A stretch of DNA of 64,000 nt from an uncultured Gammaproteobacteria bacterium. GTDB lineage: Bacteria > Patescibacteriota > Microgenomatia > Levybacterales > UBA12049. Location of the stretch: contig CAYYSJ010000002.1 in NCBI GenBank assembly GCA_964474445.1, positions 119,570 to 183,569 of the forward strand, in the 5' to 3' direction. How positions within the stretch are numbered: position 1 is the stretch's first letter; each line of letters opens with the position of its first letter. The notes beneath the pieces were generated by a model. That model was not told where the DNA came from. It searched no databases and worked only from the letters and a program-made list of their open reading frames with translations. Positions 58,839 through 64,000 of this stretch are shown in pieces. The position numbers and the translations under genes are program-made.

Positions 58839-59170
58839 TTACTCAATAACTTCTCTTCCAATTGCATAAATGCCATACCGATTGATTCTCTTTTCATAAT
58901 TACCTAAAGAATGGTAACTTTTTATTCTCTCCTCAATATTGTCGTCGCGTGAATATCCCTTCAGTTTCAAGCATGATTCTGATATCTGGGTAATGATGAA
59001 CAAAATGTACCATTGTTTCTATTTGTTCATGAGTTTTTTCATTTTCAAAGAGAATAGTATTGCCCTTTTTCATTTGTTTATAATCGTATATCTTGAAAAT
59101 CTTTTGGTGTTCTCCCTTCAATTTTTTAAATACCCTTTTTAATTGCGTGAAAAGGACGGGTTTTTAAAGA
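58839..59170 (-). pseudogene. Frameshifted ASCH-domain gene remnant
   Basis: Pieces HAIKKG/KKIEGR, KKGNTILF..V..Y and YGIYAIG in different frames. Confidence 0.55.
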
Positions 59171-59325
59171 TAAATAGTATTTCTATTGATAAACAATTCT
59201 ACACAATGATTTTCATAATTATAACATTAACAGATATATTGATATAGTTGGCCACATTGACAATATTCTCGTTTGAGTTGTATTGTTAATCTAATCTACA
59301 ACTGCCCTGATAGGAGGTGAAATAC

Positions 59326-59598
59326 ATGACAAAAAGAGATTTAATCGAACTCGTTGCAAAAAAAGCAAATCTTACCAACAAGGCAGCACGAGATAGTGTT
59401 CAAGCAATGCTTAATGCTGTCCGAGATTCTCTCAAAAGAGGAGAAAAAGTTGTTTTGACTGGATTTGGAACTTTCTCAGTGAGAAAGAGAGCAAGTAGAC
59501 CAGGTCGAAATCCAAAGACTGGTGCAAAGCTTACTATCGCTGCACGAAAAGCTCCTGGATTTACACCAGGTAAGACATTAAAGAAAGCAGTTCGCTAA
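59326..59598 (+). CDS. hup: DNA-binding protein HU
   Basis: GFGTF, GRNPKTG; SD AGGAGGTG. Confidence 0.96.
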   Translation: MTKRDLIELVAKKANLTNKAARDSVQAMLNAVRDSLKRGEKVVLTGFGTFSVRKRASRPGRNPKTGAKLTIAARKAPGFTPGKTLKKAVR

Positions 59599-59619
59599 GG
59601 TTATCTGCTTTCACATACT

Positions 59620-59662
59620 AAAGAGGTTTTTTACAATTTATTTGTGAGAAACCTCTTTTTTT
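59620..59662 (+). terminator. Terminator after hup
   Basis: AAAGAGGTTT/AAACCTCTTT inverted repeat and T run. Confidence 0.6.
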
Positions 59663-59684
59663 GATACCATAACAGTTACTAGAT

Positions 59685-60668
59685 ATGAGTACAATTTCTG
59701 TTAAAAATTTAGTCAAAGAATATACAGTATATAAAAAAGAACCAGGATTTGTAGGTTCTTTAAAATCATTATTTTCTCGAAAATATGAAAAGGTGAGGGC
59801 AGTTGATGATATCTCCTTTGAAATAGAAGAAGGAGAATTAATCGGTTTTATTGGTCCAAATGGAGCAGGGAAAACAACAACGCTTAAGTGTTTGTCTGGT
59901 CTTTTATATCCAACGCATGGAGAGGTAAAAGTACTTGGATTTACCCCATTTGAGCGGAAAACAAAATTCTTAAAAAGTATTGCATTGGTAATGGGACAAA
60001 AAAATCAATTGTGGTGGGACTTGCCTGCCATGGAGAGTTTTTCACTAAATAAGGAAATTTACGAAATTCCAGACAAACAATTTCAAGAAGTAGTACATGA
60101 TTTATCAAAACTATTAGATGTAGAAGAATTCCTTAAAGTCCAAGTTCGCAAACTGTCATTAGGACAGAGAATGAAAATGGAATTAATTGCTGCGTTGTTG
60201 CATAATCCAAAAGTATTATTCTTGGATGAACCAACTATCGGTCTTGATGTTGTCATGCAACAGAATCTGCGTGAGTTTATTCGTGAATATAACAGAAAAT
60301 ATAAAGCAACAATATTGCTAACTTCTCACTATATGGGAGACGTAGAGGCATTGGCAAAAAGAGTGATAGTTATTAATCATGGGAAAATCTTATTTGATGG
60401 ACAACTCTCAGATTTGGTAAAAAAGCATGCTCCATATAAAGTGATTTCCGTGGTGCTCAATAATATGCCAAATCCGAAAATCCTCGAAGGAATGGGTGAA
60501 ATAGAGAAATTTAAATACCCGGAGTTAATTTTAAGAGTTCCAAGAGACAGGGCAAGTGAAATTGCAGGAATTATTCTTTCCAAACTTCCTGTTGAAGATG
60601 TAAATATTGAAAATCCGTCAGTGGAGGATATTATTCGAGATGTTTTTTCAGGAAGTCAGGCAAAATGA
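59685..60668 (+). CDS. ABC transporter ATP-binding protein
   Basis: GPNGAGKTT, LSLGQR, LFLDEPT. Confidence 0.95.
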   Translation: MSTISVKNLVKEYTVYKKEPGFVGSLKSLFSRKYEKVRAVDDISFEIEEGELIGFIGPNGAGKTTTLKCLSGLLYPTHGEVKVLGFTPFERKTKFLKSIALVMGQKNQLWWDLPAMESFSLNKEIYEIPDKQFQEVVHDLSKLLDVEEFLKVQVRKLSLGQRMKMELIAALLHNPKVLFLDEPTIGLDVVMQQNLREFIREYNRKYKATILLTSHYMGDVEALAKRVIVINHGKILFDGQLSDLVKKHAPYKVISVVLNNMPNPKILEGMGEIEKFKYPELILRVPRDRASEIAGIILSKLPVEDVNIENPSVEDIIRDVFSGSQAK

Positions 60669-60671
60669 CCT

Positions 60672-61451
60672 ATGCGCTATGCGAGAATACTTTTTCTTAA
60701 TTTTCAACAAGTTTTTGAAGAAAGAACACGCTCTTTTATTTGGTTTCTGCTATCTCTTTATGGACCTCTGTTAATGGTGCTTTTTTGGAGAGGAGCAAAG
60801 ACGAGTATCTCGTTCTCTTCAATTTCATCATATTATTTTCTTCTTGTTATTGGAGGATCTTTTCTTATGTCTCATTCAGAAGAGAATATCGCTCTTATTG
60901 ATATTCAAGAAGGTCGCTTAGGTAACTATATCCTTAAACCTTTTATATATTTCTTTGCTAAATGGATGGAAGAAATACCATATAGATTGTTGCAAGGATC
61001 TTTTGGAGTTATCACATTAATATTATTTTTATTCTTTTTTCATGTTCATATTCCTTCGTTTTCCTTTAAACCCTTGAATATCATCATGATGATACTACTC
61101 ACATTGGGTGCAGTAGTTCTTACGCAGATTTATAAAACCTGTTTGGGATTTATTGCATTTTGGATGACTGATGCGTATGGAATTTTTCAACTATCAGAAA
61201 TGCTCATATTTATTTTTGGAGGATACATTGTTCCTCTTTTCTTGTTTCCTCATACTATTGAAATTATTGCATACATAATCCCTTTTCCTTATATGCTCTA
61301 TTTCCCAGTAGCTGCCTTTGCTGGAGTATTTAGTCAATTGCAATTGCTTCTTATTCTTTTGGGGCAATTACTTTGGATTTGTTTTTTTATTGGTATATAT
61401 CTATTGCTGTGGAGAAAGGGTCTTAGAATTTTTGCTGGAGTAGGACAATAG
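60672..61451 (+). CDS. ABC-2 family permease (DUF990-like, type A)
   Basis: DI.EG.L..Y..KP, GG..VPL..FP, LWRKGL. Confidence 0.85.
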   Translation: MRYARILFLNFQQVFEERTRSFIWFLLSLYGPLLMVLFWRGAKTSISFSSISSYYFLLVIGGSFLMSHSEENIALIDIQEGRLGNYILKPFIYFFAKWMEEIPYRLLQGSFGVITLILFLFFFHVHIPSFSFKPLNIIMMILLTLGAVVLTQIYKTCLGFIAFWMTDAYGIFQLSEMLIFIFGGYIVPLFLFPHTIEIIAYIIPFPYMLYFPVAAFAGVFSQLQLLLILLGQLLWICFFIGIYLLLWRKGLRIFAGVGQ

Positions 61452-61458
61452 AAAATCT

Positions 61459-62247
61459 ATGATAAGATATCTCAAAATTTATTTTTATTTACTAAAAATA
61501 AATATCTCATTACTTTTTGCGTATAGAGCAAACTTTTATAATGCAGCGTTAACGACAGTGGGATGGGGGATTATATCGATAACATCAATAATGCTTCTTA
61601 CGGCAAAGACATCAAGTGTATATGGGTGGAACCGTCAAGAGTTATATCTGTTGACTGGCTTGTACAGTATTATTATAGGAATTTTTCACATGTTTTTTTC
61701 TGCAAGTTTAGAACGTTTTGCACGAACAGTTAGTTTAGGGCAGTTGGATTCATATCTTTTAGCTCCTGTAGATGCGCAACTTTTCCTGAGTATCAAGAAT
61801 TTTCGTCCAGTCTCTATACTAAGGGTCATCATAGGAACTCTATTTACTCTCTATCTTCTGCAAACCATGCATATTATCTTTACATTTTTTACATTATTTG
61901 TTTTTATACTCTTTATCAGTATGGGTGTTTTACTGTTATATTCTGTTTGGTTTCTTGTAATTACTATTACAATTTGGAACCCAAATTTGTCTAATTTAGT
62001 AGATTTTCTATACAACTTTAGCAATCTTGGGAGATATCCTCCAGCGTTACTGCTTTATACAAGAAATATGGTGGTTTTTTTACTTATTCCTCTCACGCTT
62101 ATTGCTTCTGTACCTGCTCGAATAGCTTTGGGTAAAGTGACAACGATAGAAGTTATTGGCCTTGTCGGATTTTCCGTAGGCATTTTTACTCTCTCCCGTT
62201 ATTTTTGGAAATTTGCTTTACGACATTACACAAGTGCAAGTAATTGA
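61459..62247 (+). CDS. ABC-2 family permease (DUF990-like, type B)
   Basis: YRANF, GQLD.YLL.P, RYP, W..AL..Y.SAS. Confidence 0.85.
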   Translation: MIRYLKIYFYLLKINISLLFAYRANFYNAALTTVGWGIISITSIMLLTAKTSSVYGWNRQELYLLTGLYSIIIGIFHMFFSASLERFARTVSLGQLDSYLLAPVDAQLFLSIKNFRPVSILRVIIGTLFTLYLLQTMHIIFTFFTLFVFILFISMGVLLLYSVWFLVITITIWNPNLSNLVDFLYNFSNLGRYPPALLLYTRNMVVFLLIPLTLIASVPARIALGKVTTIEVIGLVGFSVGIFTLSRYFWKFALRHYTSASN

Positions 62248-62296
62248 CAGTATATGTTAACCTGAGTTTGTTTGCTGGCAAATCGAAATCTACTAT

Positions 62297-63100
62297 ATGA
62301 AAAAATTGACAACATATTGGCTCGTTGCAAAGAATACATGGGATGAGGCTTTAACATATCGTCTCAATTTTGCTGTTTGGAGACTGCGAGTTTTCCTTTC
62401 ACTGATATCAACCTATTTTTTGTGGTTAACACTTTTGCCAAAAGGTTCAACAATTGGGATTTACAATCAAGCCTCAATGCTCACTTATATTTTGGGAGGG
62501 TCAATTATGTACTCGATTGTTATGTCAACAAGGGCAGCTGGAGTAGCAGATGATATTGTTCAAGGGAATTTATCTAATTACTTGCTCCGTCCGGTTAATT
62601 ATATTTTCTATTATTTTTCAAAAGATATTGGAGATAAGGCAATGAATATTGCTTTTTCATTATTTGAAATATCTCTTGTTTTTCTATTGCTTCGTCCGCC
62701 TTTTTTCATCCAAACAAATCTTTTGTATATCATACCCTTTACTATTTCTGTTTTATTAGCTGTATGTATTAATTTTTATCTGAATATGATGCTTTCATTC
62801 ATAGGATTCTTTAGCTCAGAAGCCTGGGCACCTCGCTTTATTTTTTATATTCTTCTTACCTTTTTTGCAGGTTCTCTGTTTCCTCTTGATATTTTCCCAG
62901 CACCAATTTATCTATTTCTTAAATTACTGCCATTTTCATATTTACTCTATTCTCCAATGAAGATCTATCTTGGGCAAATGTCTCCTTTAAATATAGCTAT
63001 TAACCTTGTATTGGCAATACTCTGGACAGTACTGTTGTATTTTTTCGTTAACTTACTTTGGAAGAAAGGTTTGCGATTGTATACTGCAGAGGGTAGATAA
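62297..63100 (+). CDS. ABC-2 family permease (DUF990-like, type A)
   Basis: DI.QG.LSNYLLRP, G.LFPLD.FP, LWKKGL..Y.AEG. Confidence 0.85.
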   Translation: MKKLTTYWLVAKNTWDEALTYRLNFAVWRLRVFLSLISTYFLWLTLLPKGSTIGIYNQASMLTYILGGSIMYSIVMSTRAAGVADDIVQGNLSNYLLRPVNYIFYYFSKDIGDKAMNIAFSLFEISLVFLLLRPPFFIQTNLLYIIPFTISVLLAVCINFYLNMMLSFIGFFSSEAWAPRFIFYILLTFFAGSLFPLDIFPAPIYLFLKLLPFSYLLYSPMKIYLGQMSPLNIAINLVLAILWTVLLYFFVNLLWKKGLRLYTAEGR

Positions 63101-63103
63101 GAT

Positions 63104-63886
63104 ATGCGAAAATACTTTATTATTTGGTGGACTCTTACTAGTAATGCAACCCAAATTGCCTTTACATCTCGTTTAGGTGCTCTTATTTTTCTTATAGGCA
63201 AAGTTCTCCGATTTGTCTTTTTCTTTTTTATTCTTTTTGTTCTACTTGCACGGACCAAATCACTCGCTGGATATACAGCACAACAAGTTTTTTTCTTCTA
63301 TCTTACTTTTTGTATTGTTGATAATATCCCCCAGATGTTTTTTAGAGAAGTCTATCGTTTCCGGCAGCAGGTTGTTTCAGGAGATTTTGATTATTATCTT
63401 CTGAAACCAATATCAACGCTTTTCAGGTCTATTGTTGGAGGAGCAGATATCCTAGATGTCCCACTTACTAGTATTTATATCGGCCTTCTTATTTTTGTTG
63501 GTCTTCATCTGCCAGGAGTGACCGTATTTAATACCGTCCTCTATGTCATATTGTTGATAAATGCTCTTGTTATTGCATTTGCGTTTCATATATTCGTTGT
63601 TAGCCTTGGGATTCTTACAACAGAGGTTGATAATGCAATTATGCTTTACAGAGACTTTACACAAATGGGAAGATTTCCTGTTGATATATATAAGCAACCA
63701 TTACGAGGTATACTAACACTTGTTATCCCAATTGGTATTATGATGACCTTCCCTGCAAAGGCATTCATGGGTATTCTTTCCTGGCAAATTCTTATTGCAT
63801 CCATTGGGGTAGGTGCTATATTTTTGTTTTTGAGCTTTACTCTATGGAGATATGCATTGAATTCTTATTCAAGTGCAAGTAGTTAA
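63104..63886 (+). CDS. ABC-2 family permease (DUF990-like, type B)
   Basis: GDFDYYLLKP, RFPVDIY, W.YAL..YSSAS. Confidence 0.85.
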   Translation: MRKYFIIWWTLTSNATQIAFTSRLGALIFLIGKVLRFVFFFFILFVLLARTKSLAGYTAQQVFFFYLTFCIVDNIPQMFFREVYRFRQQVVSGDFDYYLLKPISTLFRSIVGGADILDVPLTSIYIGLLIFVGLHLPGVTVFNTVLYVILLINALVIAFAFHIFVVSLGILTTEVDNAIMLYRDFTQMGRFPVDIYKQPLRGILTLVIPIGIMMTFPAKAFMGILSWQILIASIGVGAIFLFLSFTLWRYALNSYSSASS

Positions 63887-63971
63887 AGGAAATCTCTGAC
63901 ATGTGAGAAAGCAAAATTGTCAGAAGGGACATACTATTGTCGGCGATTTTTTAGTCTTTATGCTTGTTTAG

Positions 63972-64000
63972 TGCTATAATACTCCTATGGTTGTTAATAG
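63972..64000 (+). promoter_or_regulatory. Extended -10 promoter with probable leaderless start of the next gene (ATG 63987)
   Basis: TGCTATAAT-ACTCCT-ATG. Confidence 0.5.

Noticed and set aside
1-64000. Alternative genetic code (TGA=Gly), CRISPR arrays, rRNA genes, IS elements, introns
   Set aside because: TGA ends genes at expected positions (15068, 46448, 60668), conserved genes are uninterrupted, and no arrays, rRNA or transposase motifs were seen

Overview
AT-rich bacterial chromosomal window, most likely Patescibacteria/CPR of the Microgenomates type. This is an inference from the missing rpmD between rpsE and rplO, the short AlaRS, the N-terminally shortened L2 and the standard code with TGA as stop. 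It holds alaS, rpoBC, the str/S10/spc/alpha ribosomal clusters (split by inserted accessory genes), rplM-rpsI, recA-recX-rny, hup, tRNA-Pro(GGG) and an ABC exporter with four permeases. The accessory genes include ATP-citrate lyase, a BHMT-like methyltransferase, a sortase beside an FtsA-like/baseplate-J-like membrane protein, GH18, MFS, SET, HAD and HIT. The strongest unannotated signals are regulatory. Two leader-peptide transcription attenuators lie below the ORF-track cutoff: a Met-rich one (MIHEQIMMTMMMSSLRGSSL) before the homocysteine methyltransferase and an Ile-rich one (MANKRLISIIILNR) before an FAD-dependent enzyme. There is also a ~235-nt promoter-to-terminator unit after rpsG (candidate ncRNA), many apparently leaderless genes, hairpin-plus-U-tract leaders on housekeeping genes, and an RNA polymerase with a heavily altered rifampicin pocket and trigger loop. 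All calls come from reading the sequence and recalled family motifs; no searches were run.
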